Assembly: GCA_046290225.1 (NCBI GenBank)
Contig: JBKAGE010000078.1
Location: 192,001 to 256,000, forward strand
Reading direction: 5' to 3'
DNA length: 64,000 bases
From: Bradymonadia bacterium
GTDB lineage: Bacteria; Myxococcota_A; Bradymonadia; UBA7976; UBA1532
Part shown: piece after piece, positions 45,443 to 54,877 of the stretch
How the letters are laid out: every line of letters begins with the position of its first letter
Numbering within the stretch: the first letter of the stretch is position 1
Translations under genes and position numbers: made by a program
The notes under the pieces: model-generated
The model's input: the letters and a program-made list of their open reading frames with translations, nothing else
Databases searched by the model: none
What the model was told of the DNA's origin: nothing

Positions 45443-47305
45443 TCAGCAGCACCCGCACTCGGCGGTCTCGGGCGGGTCGAGGAACCCGTCGAGTACCTTG
45501 ATGGCCACCTTGTAGCGGTTGAAGGGGGGCATGATGTACGCCCCCTGCACCCGGTGGCGCACGGCGGCGAGGGCCTCTCGGGCGATGGCGATGCCTTCTT
45601 CTTGCCCCCGGCCCTGCTCGTCGGCGGCCTTCATCCGCAGCCTGATCTCGTCGGGGATCTGCATGCCCGGCACGTTGTTGTGCAGGAACTCGGCGTTTCG
45701 GTAGCTGGCCAGCGGGCACAGCCCCAACATCACCGGCAGCCCCATGTCCGCCACATCGTCGAGGAACCGCTCCACCTTGGACGGATCATAGACCGGTTGG
45801 GTCATCACCACCTCGGCTCCGGCCTCGCGCTTCATCGCCAGACGCCTCAGCTCCCGATCGTAGTCCAGCGCCGCGGGCTCCGCCCCCGTGGCCAGTACGA
45901 AAGAGGTGGGGCTCATCTCTTTGCCCGCAGGATCAACGCCTGCGTTGAAGCCCTTGATCACCTCGAGCAAGCCCACACTGTCGAGATCGTACACCCCCGT
46001 GGAGTTGGGATAGGCCCCCATCTTCGGGGGATCGCCCGTGATGACCACGAGGTTGCGCACCCCCATGGTGTGGGCCCCGAGCAGGTGAGAGAGCAGCCCG
46101 AGGAAGCTGCGATCGCGGCAGCAGATGTGCACGATGGGCTGCAAGCCGGTCTGGGCCTCGATGGCCTGAGCCATGGCCAGGTTGCCCATGCGCACGCTCG
46201 CCCGGGGGCCGTCGGCGATGTTGATGGTGGTGATCCCCGCCTCTTTGAGGGCCTGAGCAGCGATGACCTTCTTCTCGAGATTGAACCCCGTGGGCGGGTT
46301 GATCTCCACGCTGGTGACGAACCGGCCTGCGGCAAGCTGAGCGCCGAGCGTGCTCCGAGCGGCAACGGGCGTCGCCGGCTCCACGGGAGAGGCGCCCCCC
46401 TCGATCTTGATCTCTTTCGCAGCGGGGTCTTGCGCCGCGGACATCATGCGAGCAGCCCCAGCCATGGACTTGATGTGAGAAGGTCGAGTGCCACAGCAGC
46501 CGCCGACCACCTTCACCCCTGCCTTGAACAAACGCCGGGCAAAGACCCCGAAGTACTCGGGATTCGCCACATATATCATGCGGCCGTCCACCACCTCGGG
46601 GGCCCCGGCATTCGCCTGGGCCATCACCGGCACGCCGAGGCCTACCATCGGCGTCGACACCCGGAACAACAAGTCAGGGCCGCCGCCACAATTGGAGCCG
46701 ATCACGTCCGCGCCGGCGTCGATGAGCCGCTGGCCCACGACCTTCGGCGGCTGACCGTTTTGCGTGACGCCTTCAGGGGTGAAAGTCATCAAGGCCACGA
46801 TGGGCAGCTCGGTCCGGGTCCGGGCGAGGGACACCGCGAGCTCGATCTCTTGAAGCTCGTAAAAGGTCTCGAAGATCAGGGCGTCTACCCCGGTCTCCAG
46901 CAGGACGTCGATCTGTTCGATGAAGGCCGCCTCGGCCCTGGCACCCTGGGGGCCCACGAGCTGCTGCAGGGTGAGGCCCGTGGGCCCGACGCTGCCACAG
47001 ATGAATGCCCTGCCCTTCGCCGCCGCGCGGGCCAGCTTGACCCCGGCGACGTTGAGCTCTCGGACCTTCGCGCCGAGCTCGTGCCGCTCCAGGCGCAGGC
47101 GGTTGGCCCCGAAGGTGTTGGTGGTGATGGCCCGGGCCCCCGCAGCGAGATACTCGCCGTGGATCTGCTCCACAAGCTCGGGCTGGCCCAGGTTCACTGC
47201 TTCGAAGTTCCGGTTGAGGAACACGCCATGGTCGTAGAGCAGCGTGCCCATGGCCCCGTCGAAGAGCAGGCCGCCGCGTGAGGCCAGGGTGAGAAAATCG
47301 CTCAT
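45443..47305 (-). CDS. yitJ: Bifunctional homocysteine S-methyltransferase / methylenetetrahydrofolate reductase (YitJ-like)
   Basis: DGAMGT, TTNTFGANR, GSNC, GGCCGT; MTHFR half with SVEINPP, HICCRDR, ITGDPP, MTQPVYD. Confidence 0.9.
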   Translation of the reverse strand: MSDFLTLASRGGLLFDGAMGTLLYDHGVFLNRNFEAVNLGQPELVEQIHGEYLAAGARAITTNTFGANRLRLERHELGAKVRELNVAGVKLARAAAKGRAFICGSVGPTGLTLQQLVGPQGARAEAAFIEQIDVLLETGVDALIFETFYELQEIELAVSLARTRTELPIVALMTFTPEGVTQNGQPPKVVGQRLIDAGADVIGSNCGGGPDLLFRVSTPMVGLGVPVMAQANAGAPEVVDGRMIYVANPEYFGVFARRLFKAGVKVVGGCCGTRPSHIKSMAGAARMMSAAQDPAAKEIKIEGGASPVEPATPVAARSTLGAQLAAGRFVTSVEINPPTGFNLEKKVIAAQALKEAGITTINIADGPRASVRMGNLAMAQAIEAQTGLQPIVHICCRDRSFLGLLSHLLGAHTMGVRNLVVITGDPPKMGAYPNSTGVYDLDSVGLLEVIKGFNAGVDPAGKEMSPTSFVLATGAEPAALDYDRELRRLAMKREAGAEVVMTQPVYDPSKVERFLDDVADMGLPVMLGLCPLASYRNAEFLHNNVPGMQIPDEIRLRMKAADEQGRGQEEGIAIAREALAAVRHRVQGAYIMPPFNRYKVAIKVLDGFLDPPETAECGCC

Positions 47306-47311
47306 GTCTGT

Positions 47312-47448
47312 CGTGCTCCCTCTCGCACTCGCTGATCTCCGCCGAGGGCATCGGCGCCCACCCGCCCGTTGTCATCGACCTGCGGGCGGTGGGCCTTTAC
47401 GATGCCCGAAACCACCCTGTGGCCTCGGCCGATCTGCACACACGCACG
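47312..47448 (-). other. Extended stem-loop in the yitJ 5' leader (candidate cis-regulatory RNA)
   Basis: Plus-strand pairs GCCGAGG(47341)/CCTCGGC(47423), GGGCATCG(47346)/CGATGCCC(47400), GCCCACCCGCCC/GGGCGGTGGGC, flanking GATC/GATC; outer G-U extension works only on the minus strand. Confidence 0.4.
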
Positions 47449-47513
47449 CCTGAGGACCCCATGTATGCGACAACAGGACCCTGGAGACAAGTTGGCCCAG
47501 GGCAGGAGCGCCG

Positions 47514-48026
47514 ATGGATCCACACGTCCTCCAGGGCAGCTATGATCGGTTCGCCCCCCGCTACGACGAGATCTTTCTCGAACAGCAGCGGCCCAAAATC
47601 ACTGCCATTTCCGAAGCATTGCCGTCTCCACCTCCAGGGCCTGTGCTCGACGCAGGGTGTGGCACGGGGCTGCTGCACCGCCTGACTGGATGGCCCGCGG
47701 TGCAGGTGGATTTCTCAAGAGAGATGCTGCATCACAACCCCGGGCCTCAGCGCGTGCTCGGCGATCTCGGGCGGCTCCCCTTCCCTGATGGTGTCTTTGG
47801 TACCGCATGTTGTGTCACCGCACTCCTGGACTTCGGCCCAGACATACGTGGGCTCTCCGAGCTCATCCGTGTGGTGCGCCCTGGCGGGTACCTCGCCCTC
47901 TCCGCGCTCAAGGTAGATGACCTGCCCAGCCTCGAGTCTGCCCTGGCAGCGGCCCCCCTCACCGAGCTGAAACGGCTCGACCTCGACCAGGACATGGGCT
48001 GGATACTCCAGCGCACAGACGGCTGA
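47514..48026 (+). CDS. Class I SAM-dependent methyltransferase
   Basis: VLDAGCGTG, VDFSREML, GDLGRLPFPDG, RVVRPGG. Confidence 0.88.
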   Translation: MDPHVLQGSYDRFAPRYDEIFLEQQRPKITAISEALPSPPPGPVLDAGCGTGLLHRLTGWPAVQVDFSREMLHHNPGPQRVLGDLGRLPFPDGVFGTACCVTALLDFGPDIRGLSELIRVVRPGGYLALSALKVDDLPSLESALAAAPLTELKRLDLDQDMGWILQRTDG

Positions 48027-48084
48027 TCTCACCACACGACGAAGCCCTTGCCCCACCTGTGCAGTTGCTGTTCACTCCAGCACC

Positions 48085-49347
48085 ATGGATGCCTTCGATA
48101 CAGTGTCGATCCTCCTGGTGGTGGCAGGCCTCTTTGGCTACCTCAACCACCACTTCCTCAAACTGCCCTTCACCATCGGCCTCATGGTCTCGGGGTTGCT
48201 GGCTTCACTGCTCGTAGTGGCCATCGACGCCATGGCCCCAGGCCTCGGGTGGGGTCAGGCGATCTCTGAGGCGGTGCTGGGCATCGACTTCACCGACTCG
48301 GTGCTCAGGGTGATGCTCGGGGCGCTGCTCTTCGCCGGGGCGATGCACGTCAACCTCGACGATCTGCTCGATCAAAAGGGCATCATCCTCACTCTCGCCT
48401 CCGTGGGGGTGATCTTGTCCACGGTGGTCTTCGGCGGCATGGCCTATTACATCTTCGCCGCCCTGGGCCACCCGATCTCGCTGCCCTGGTGCATGGTCTT
48501 CGGCTCGTTGCTGGCCCCCACTGACCCCATCGCGGTGCTGGGCATCATGAAGTCACTCGGAGCGCCCAAAGCGCTTGAGTCGAAGGTGGCCGGTGAGTCG
48601 CTCTTCAACGATGGCGTCGGCGTGGTGGTCTTCGCCGCCCTCGTGTCCTGGGCCTCTTCTTCCACCGGAGATGTGCCCTGGGGTGACGTGGGCGTGCTCT
48701 TCCTCGAGGAGGTGGGCGGCGGCGTGGTGTTGGGCCTCGGCGCGGGCCTGCTGGTCTACAAGGCCATGCGTACCCTCGACGAGCCTAACCTCGAGATCCT
48801 GCTCAGCGTGGGCTTGGTCATGGGCATGACCACCGTGGCCTACGCCCTGCATTTCTCCGCCCCCCTCGCCTGCGTCTTCGCCGGCCTGCTCATCGGCAAC
48901 CACGGCCGCCGCCTGGCCATGTCTGCCAAGACCCGCGAGGCCCTCGATCTGGTCTGGGCCTTCATCGACGAAGCCCTCAACGCCATCTTGTTCCTGTTGG
49001 TGGGCCTCGAGGTGTTCCAGACCCAGTCTTCCATGTTGGTCCCAGCCCTGGTGGCGATCCCCATGGCCCTGCTCGCCAGAGCCGTGGCCGTCTCAGTCCC
49101 CGTGAAGGCCCTCAGCCTCGGCCGCGACTTCCTCCCGGGCACCACCCCCATCTTGATCTGGGGAGGCCTCAAGGGTGGCATCTCTGTGGCTCTGGCGCTC
49201 TCGCTGCCCCAGTTCGAGGGCCGAGGCATCATCATCGCCGCGACCTATGTAGTGGTGGTGTTCTCCATCTTGGTGCAGGGCATGACCGTCGGCCCTCTGA
49301 TCAAACGCCTGACCTCGACGGATCCATCTCAGGCCTCTCATCACTGA
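48085..49347 (+). CDS. nhaP: Na+/H+ antiporter, CPA1 (NhaP-like)
   Basis: APTDPIAV, GESLFNDGVG, WGGLKGGISVALALSLP, SILVQG. Confidence 0.9.
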   Translation: MDAFDTVSILLVVAGLFGYLNHHFLKLPFTIGLMVSGLLASLLVVAIDAMAPGLGWGQAISEAVLGIDFTDSVLRVMLGALLFAGAMHVNLDDLLDQKGIILTLASVGVILSTVVFGGMAYYIFAALGHPISLPWCMVFGSLLAPTDPIAVLGIMKSLGAPKALESKVAGESLFNDGVGVVVFAALVSWASSSTGDVPWGDVGVLFLEEVGGGVVLGLGAGLLVYKAMRTLDEPNLEILLSVGLVMGMTTVAYALHFSAPLACVFAGLLIGNHGRRLAMSAKTREALDLVWAFIDEALNAILFLLVGLEVFQTQSSMLVPALVAIPMALLARAVAVSVPVKALSLGRDFLPGTTPILIWGGLKGGISVALALSLPQFEGRGIIIAATYVVVVFSILVQGMTVGPLIKRLTSTDPSQASHH

Positions 49348-49374
49348 GCAGGCCCCTCGACAGCGGGTCACACT

Positions 49375-50235
49375 TTGACCGCCACCACCCTGGCCTGCCT
49401 CATCTGCGCCGCCCTCGCCTGGTCCTGCCTCGACGCGCTGCGCAAGGGCCTCGGCGCCCGCCTGGACATCGTCTCCGCCCTGTTGATGCTCACCCTCGTG
49501 CAGGTGCCCGCCTTCGGCGTGTGGCTGTACGTGGAAGGCTGGCCCCTGGTGAAGTCAGGCTTCTGGCCCCTGACCCTCGGGGTGCTGGCGCTGAACCTGC
49601 TCTCCAACCTGATGTTTCTGCGGGCAGTGCAAGTCTCACCGTTGAGCCGCACGGTGCCATACCTGTCTCTCACTCCAGTGTTCACCATCGGCGCCGCCGC
49701 GCTGGCCCTCGGGGAATGGCCCACGACTTTGCAGCTCGTGGGCATGGGCCTGGTGCTCCTCGGCGCCATCGGCCTCAACGCCGGGCACTTGCACCCACGA
49801 CAGATCGACAAGGGTGTCTTGCTGATGATTGGGGTGGCGATCATCTGGGCCACCAACTCGGTCTTCGACAAGATGGCCGTGTCCCTGAGCAGCCCTCCTC
49901 TCCACGGCATGGTGCAGATCGGGGGACTCGCGGTGATCGTCGCCCTATGGCTGGGTCTTCGAGGGCGTCTCGGCGAGGCGCTGCACGCCGGCATGAGGCA
50001 TCGCGGGATCGTGCTCGCCTCTGGGGGGGTGGCCGCCCTGGCCATGGGCCTGCAGCTCGTGGCTCTTCAGCTGACCCTGGCGAGCGTGGTCGAGGTGGTG
50101 AAGCGAGCCATCGGGCTGGTGATGGCGGTGCTCCTGGGCCGAATGTTCTTCGGAGAAGGGTTCACTGCGGGAAAGTGGGTGTCGGTGGGGCTGATGGGGG
50201 CGGGCACCATCCTGGTGCTCACCCAGGGCGGCTGA
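49375..50235 (+). CDS. DMT/EamA-family transporter
   Basis: About 10 TM; SPLSRTVPYLSLTPVF, LGEWP, FFGE. Confidence 0.85.
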   Translation: MTATTLACLICAALAWSCLDALRKGLGARLDIVSALLMLTLVQVPAFGVWLYVEGWPLVKSGFWPLTLGVLALNLLSNLMFLRAVQVSPLSRTVPYLSLTPVFTIGAAALALGEWPTTLQLVGMGLVLLGAIGLNAGHLHPRQIDKGVLLMIGVAIIWATNSVFDKMAVSLSSPPLHGMVQIGGLAVIVALWLGLRGRLGEALHAGMRHRGIVLASGGVAALAMGLQLVALQLTLASVVEVVKRAIGLVMAVLLGRMFFGEGFTAGKWVSVGLMGAGTILVLTQGG

Positions 50236-50253
50236 GCGCCACCCTGCTTCACA

Positions 50254-51921
50254 TCACTTGGAGGGCACCGGGCCGGCCTGAAGCACGCGCTCGGGGATGT
50301 CGGGCAGCTTGCGGATGGCCTCCTGGAAGATGCCGGCGAGCTTGTCTGCCGTGGCGTTGTAGGCGTCGACGTCTTCCCAGGCGTTGCGGGGATCGAGGAT
50401 CTCGTCGGGCACCCCAGGCATGCTCTTGGGCACGTACATCTTGAACGTGGGGTGGTACCAGAAGTTGTCCTCGTTCATGTTGACGTTGTCGTCGCGGACA
50501 GCGTTGATGATGCCCTTGCTCACCAGGATGTCGACGCGGCTGCGGTTGGGCAGGCTTTGGGGCCCGAGCCAGCCGGTGTTCACCAGCCACACCTTGGTGC
50601 CGTGCTTCGAGATCAGCTTGGCGAGCAGCTCCATGTAGTACATGGGCTTCAAGGGCATGAAAGGCTTGCCGAAGAAGCTCGAGAAGGTGGGCACCGGATC
50701 AGTGATGCCCTTCTCGGTGCCGGGCATCTTGCTGGTGAAGCCACAAGCGAAGTGGAACATGCCACCCTCGGTGGACAGGCGCGCCACAGGGGGCAACACG
50801 CCAAAGCCGTCGGCGGTGAGGAAGGTGATGTTCGCCGGGGCCTTCGAGGTGCCCGAGGCCTTCGCCGTGGGCACGTAATCGAGGGGGTAGCCCACGCGGC
50901 CGTTCGCCGTGATGGAGCCGTTGCTGTAGTCCACCACGCCGTTGTCATCGTGGAAAAGGTTCTCCGCCGTGGTGCCGTACCCGATGGCGTTGTAGGTCTC
51001 GGGCTCCTTGTCCTGGCGCAGGTTCTCGGTCTTGGCGTACTGGCCGCCCTCCATGTTGGAGATGGCCCGATCGCCGGTGTTGTCGATCTCGATGCAGATC
51101 TGATCGTCGGCGACAGGGTGACCGGTGTTCGAGAGCGTGGTCTTCCCGGTGCCGGACAGGCCCGCGTGCACGGCGGACAGGCCGGTGTTCCCCTCGGAGG
51201 CCCCGGCGTGCATGGTCAGGATGCCCTTGAGGGGCAGCAGGAAGTTCTGCACGGCGAAGATCGACTTCTTGATCTGACCGTTGTAGCGGGTGCCACCGAT
51301 GATGGTGGTCCGGCTGGCGAGATCGGTGATGATGAAGGCGGTGCCGTGGGTGCCATCCTCGGGCTCGGCGTCGACGTCGGGGCAGTGCAGCACCGTCCAG
51401 CCGGGGGTGAAGCCCTTCAGCGCGTCGATGTCCTCAATGCGCACGAAGATGTTGCGCGCAAAGAGCGCGCCCATCGGGCGACCGGTGACCACGCGCACGT
51501 TCAGGCGGGTGGCGTCGGTGCGGCCGCTGTGGGCGTCGGTGACGTAGAGATCACCGCTGCCGGAGAGGTGCTCCACCACGCGGGCCCGCAGCCGACGGAA
51601 GACCTCGGGGCCGATGGGCTGGTTGTCGAAAGCACCCTTGGAGGCGTCGCCCCAGGCCACCAGCTCGTCGAGAGACTTGTCGTTGATGCGGAAGTCGGGA
51701 TCGTTCACGTAGAACGACGACTTCGCCGCGCGGCCGAAGTAGGGATCGGTGCGCTGATGCAGCGCGCCGTTGGCGAGTACCTCGGCCTGGCCCCGCTGAA
51801 CCGCTGCCTGGTAGAGGGCGTCCACCCCCAGGTTGCGGTAGACCACTCCGCTCGGGCGGATGCCGTACTCGGCCACCAGCGCAGGGCCCTCAACAAACAC
51901 AGAACGATCCAAGAGACTCAT
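50254..51921 (-). CDS. pckA: Phosphoenolpyruvate carboxykinase (ATP), divergent
   Basis: GGTRYNGQIKKSIF, GLSGTGKTTLS, NMEGGQYAK, FLTADGFGVLPPVARL, WLVNTGW. Start ATG 51921 with GGAGG SD. Confidence 0.9.
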   Translation of the reverse strand: MSLLDRSVFVEGPALVAEYGIRPSGVVYRNLGVDALYQAAVQRGQAEVLANGALHQRTDPYFGRAAKSSFYVNDPDFRINDKSLDELVAWGDASKGAFDNQPIGPEVFRRLRARVVEHLSGSGDLYVTDAHSGRTDATRLNVRVVTGRPMGALFARNIFVRIEDIDALKGFTPGWTVLHCPDVDAEPEDGTHGTAFIITDLASRTTIIGGTRYNGQIKKSIFAVQNFLLPLKGILTMHAGASEGNTGLSAVHAGLSGTGKTTLSNTGHPVADDQICIEIDNTGDRAISNMEGGQYAKTENLRQDKEPETYNAIGYGTTAENLFHDDNGVVDYSNGSITANGRVGYPLDYVPTAKASGTSKAPANITFLTADGFGVLPPVARLSTEGGMFHFACGFTSKMPGTEKGITDPVPTFSSFFGKPFMPLKPMYYMELLAKLISKHGTKVWLVNTGWLGPQSLPNRSRVDILVSKGIINAVRDDNVNMNEDNFWYHPTFKMYVPKSMPGVPDEILDPRNAWEDVDAYNATADKLAGIFQEAIRKLPDIPERVLQAGPVPSK

Positions 51922-52024
51922 GTTTCCTCCGAGGGTGATCATGAAAAGTGAAGTCGCTGACCACCGGGGTGTGAATATGAAGGGTATACCGGATCGACAC
52001 CCGAGAAACCAGGGGCTGCGCACA

Positions 52025-52066
52025 TTGACCTACTCTCCCGGTCAAGGCTCGATTTACAGATTTACA
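52025..52066. promoter_or_regulatory. TTGACC-N9-GGTCAA inverted repeat plus GATTTACA x2 direct repeat between divergent pckA and trmH
   Basis: Palindrome at 52025-52045; tandem 8-mers at 52051-52058 and 52059-52066. Confidence 0.4.
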
Positions 52067-52235
52067 ACCCCTGCTTCACAAGACCGACTGTTGACGTCGG
52101 CGGGTTTCGGGTTGCATATGCAGTGCCGATTTTGCCAACGACTCGACAGCTCGATTGTCGAATTCGGGCCCTGATTTCGAGCCTTGAGCGCTCGCTGTCA
52201 AGATCCCCGACTCGAGGACCCGTGGAGGCCCCGCC

Positions 52236-52958
52236 GTGATCCCCAACCACATCACCGTCGATGGTGTCGATTACCCTGTCGACGCCGTCATCGATGCCCT
52301 GAGCCCGCACATGTCCGAGTCGAGGCTGACTCGCTTCGAGTCCGTGCTCGGGCAACGCCTCAAACACCTCGTCCTCGCGGTGGAGAACCTGCACCACTCC
52401 CACAACGCTTCGGCCTGTCTCCGGTCAGCGGAAGCCCTGGGCCTCCAGGACGTAGTGGCCATCGAAGACCTTGAGGCGCTCCCTCTACAGCTCGAGGCGG
52501 CCCCCTATCCCATCATGCGCAAGGTGTCGAAGACCGCCCACCGCTGGCTGGACATCCACAGCGTGGATGGCCCGGAGGGCCTGAAGGCCTTCGCCGACGC
52601 CAGAGGGGCGAGGCTCTTCGGCGCTGGTCCTCGGGGCGCCTTGACCCTCGACTCGCTGCCCATCGATCGCCCTGTCATCGTGGTCTTCGGCAATGAGCTG
52701 AACGGCCTGCGCCCGGAGACAGAGTCGCTCTGTGACGGCATGTTCCGCATCCCGATGTACGGCTTCTGCGAGAGCTTCAACGTCTCGGTGAGCGCGGGCA
52801 TCGTCCTTCAACGCCTCGGGGAGCGGATTCGGGCCGAGCAACCTGAGGCGCTTTCGGGGGATCTCAGCGACGAGAGACGCCGACTGCTCATGGCGGAGTG
52901 GTGCGCCCGCGACGTCAAAGCCGCAGCGCAGATCTTGAGGCGCAAGCTGGGGCAATGA
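52236..52958 (+). CDS. trmH: SpoU/TrmH-family RNA 2'-O-methyltransferase
   Basis: ENLHHSHNASACLRSAEALG, VVFGNELNG, RIPMYGFCESFNVSVSA. Confidence 0.8.
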   Translation: MIPNHITVDGVDYPVDAVIDALSPHMSESRLTRFESVLGQRLKHLVLAVENLHHSHNASACLRSAEALGLQDVVAIEDLEALPLQLEAAPYPIMRKVSKTAHRWLDIHSVDGPEGLKAFADARGARLFGAGPRGALTLDSLPIDRPVIVVFGNELNGLRPETESLCDGMFRIPMYGFCESFNVSVSAGIVLQRLGERIRAEQPEALSGDLSDERRRLLMAEWCARDVKAAAQILRRKLGQ

Positions 52959-52976
52959 CAGCGATCTGAGAGCCGC

Positions 52977-53588
52977 TTACTTGAGGTTCTGATCCACCAT
53001 GCCTTGGCGGATGGCGTACCGGGTGAGCCCGGGCACGTCGTGGATCCCCAGCTTCTCCATCAGCCGCGCGCGGTGATGCTCCGCGGTCCGGCGGCTGATG
53101 CCCAGGATCCCCCCGATCTCCTTGCTGGTGTGGCCTTCTGCGAGCAGCGTGAGCACCTCGCGCTCACGGGCGCTGAGGATCTCGGCGTTCGCCGCCCGAC
53201 GGGCGCCAGGAGACAAAAACGACTCCCCTTCGGCGACGGTTCGGATCGCCTTCACGAGATCCTGAACCCCCGAGCCTTTGAGCAGGTAGCCCTTAGCGCC
53301 GGCGTCGAGGGCCCGCTGCACCCACACCTGATCGTGATACATGCTCAAGGCAATGCACTTTGGCGGCTCATCGCCTTCGTTGAGTCGCTTGATGACCTCC
53401 AGACCGCCCAGACCCGGCAAGGCAAGATCTGTGACCAGTACATCGGGCTGGAGACTCTGCACCTCGGAGAGGCCCGTGCGCCCATCACCGGCTTCTCCCA
53501 CGACCTCGATGTCACCTGCGGCGCTGAGGAGGGCCACGAGGCCCTGGCGGACGATGGTGTGGTCTTCAATCACATAGACACGGATCAT
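52977..53588 (-). CDS. NarL/FixJ-family response regulator (REC + LuxR HTH)
   Basis: IEDHTIVRQG, VTDLALPG, GYLLK, LSAREREVL...GHTSKEI...HRARLMEKL. Confidence 0.95.
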   Translation of the reverse strand: MIRVYVIEDHTIVRQGLVALLSAAGDIEVVGEAGDGRTGLSEVQSLQPDVLVTDLALPGLGGLEVIKRLNEGDEPPKCIALSMYHDQVWVQRALDAGAKGYLLKGSGVQDLVKAIRTVAEGESFLSPGARRAANAEILSAREREVLTLLAEGHTSKEIGGILGISRRTAEHHRARLMEKLGIHDVPGLTRYAIRQGMVDQNLK

Positions 53589-54877
53589 CACATCTCCTCG
53601 GGCAGCCACGCCAGCAGGCAGGCGCCGCCCCATTCGCTCGGTTCAAGGTCAAGATAGCCACCGGCCTGCTCGACGCGCTCCCGGGCACCGACGAGGCCGA
53701 GGCCCCCCTTGTCGGTCCGTGGGCGGTCCATGTCGCTCAGACCTACCCCATCATCTTCGATCATCAGGCGCCATCCGTCATCATACCCATCGAGGGTAAT
53801 CCGCACGCGCTCGGCGTGGGCATGGCGGGCGATGTTGGTGAGGGCCTCCTGGCCCACACGAAACAACACCTCGGCGATTTGAGCCTCCGGCTCGATGGGC
53901 TCCATGTTCAGGGTCAAGTCGAGCCCCACGGCCTCTGCCCATCGGTCGGCATGACTCGACAGGGCCGCTGCGAGCCCCAAAGCGTCCAGGGCTGGCGGGC
54001 GAAGACCATGGGCCAGGGTGCGCACCTGCTCCACAGCATCATCCACCGCCTCAAGAGCGCTGTGAATCTGCTCTCGCTGTCCGCCTGATGCGGTCTCGTC
54101 TGCAGGGAGCAGTGCCTCCATCATGGTGAGTCTCAGCCGCAGGCCCGTGAGCGTCTGGCCGAGCTCATCGTGCAAGTCTCGACTGATGCGGGCCCGCTCC
54201 TCTTCCTGAACGGCCACCAGCCGCGCCCCGAGATCCGCCAGCTGAACTTGTCGGGCACGCAACGCCTCGGTTCGGTCGCGCACCCGCTCCTCGAGATGAG
54301 CGTTGGCCTCCTGCAACGCCCCCCACAGATCGAGATTGCGCTGATCTGCTCGACGCACGGTGAGCAGAGGCAGAAACAACAGGGCGGCGGCGAGCATGGC
54401 CCCGCTGATGCCACCGACGGTCCAGAACAACCGAGCGCCTTCGAGGGCCTCGGAGGTCGCCAGCTCTACGCGCACCCGCCCGATGGCCCGGCCCTCGGAG
54501 CGCACGATGGCCCAGCCGCCTGCGACGCTGTCTCCACTCTGAGAGCCCGCCTCAAACACTTTGTCTGCGTCTGGCACATCCACCCGAATACGGGCGGAGA
54601 TCGGCGGGCGCACGATACGTTCCGTGGCCTGAGCCAGCCGCACTTGATCGTAGGACCAGAGCAACGGCCGCGCCTGGGCGAGGCTGCCGAGGCGGGCGGC
54701 GACCTCCTGAGCCCAGAGACGTGCTTCACCGGCGCGCTCCCTGATGACGAGGCTCTGATATACAGCTGGCAACACCACCCCACAGACCAGACCTGCCAGG
54801 AGGGCCAGAGGGACCATGCGGCCGGCGAACGGGCGCGCGAGAGGCTTGAGATCTCTCATCTCGGGGGCAGTGCTCAT
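53588..54877 (-). CDS. Membrane sensor histidine kinase (HisKA_3)
   Basis: Two TM; QEEERARISRDLHDELGQ, QEALTNIARHA, DDGVG, GLGLVGARER. Confidence 0.93.
   Translation of the reverse strand: MSTAPEMRDLKPLARPFAGRMVPLALLAGLVCGVVLPAVYQSLVIRERAGEARLWAQEVAARLGSLAQARPLLWSYDQVRLAQATERIVRPPISARIRVDVPDADKVFEAGSQSGDSVAGGWAIVRSEGRAIGRVRVELATSEALEGARLFWTVGGISGAMLAAALLFLPLLTVRRADQRNLDLWGALQEANAHLEERVRDRTEALRARQVQLADLGARLVAVQEEERARISRDLHDELGQTLTGLRLRLTMMEALLPADETASGGQREQIHSALEAVDDAVEQVRTLAHGLRPPALDALGLAAALSSHADRWAEAVGLDLTLNMEPIEPEAQIAEVLFRVGQEALTNIARHAHAERVRITLDGYDDGWRLMIEDDGVGLSDMDRPRTDKGGLGLVGARERVEQAGGYLDLEPSEWGGACLLAWLPEEM

Noticed and set aside
47302..47523. Small ORFs in the yitJ/methyltransferase spacer; SAM-I or SAH riboswitch call
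   Set aside because: The ORFs lack SD and coding character. SAM-I (AUC..GAG..GCAACC..GUGC) and SAH consensus elements were not found, so it is kept only as an unclassified structure.
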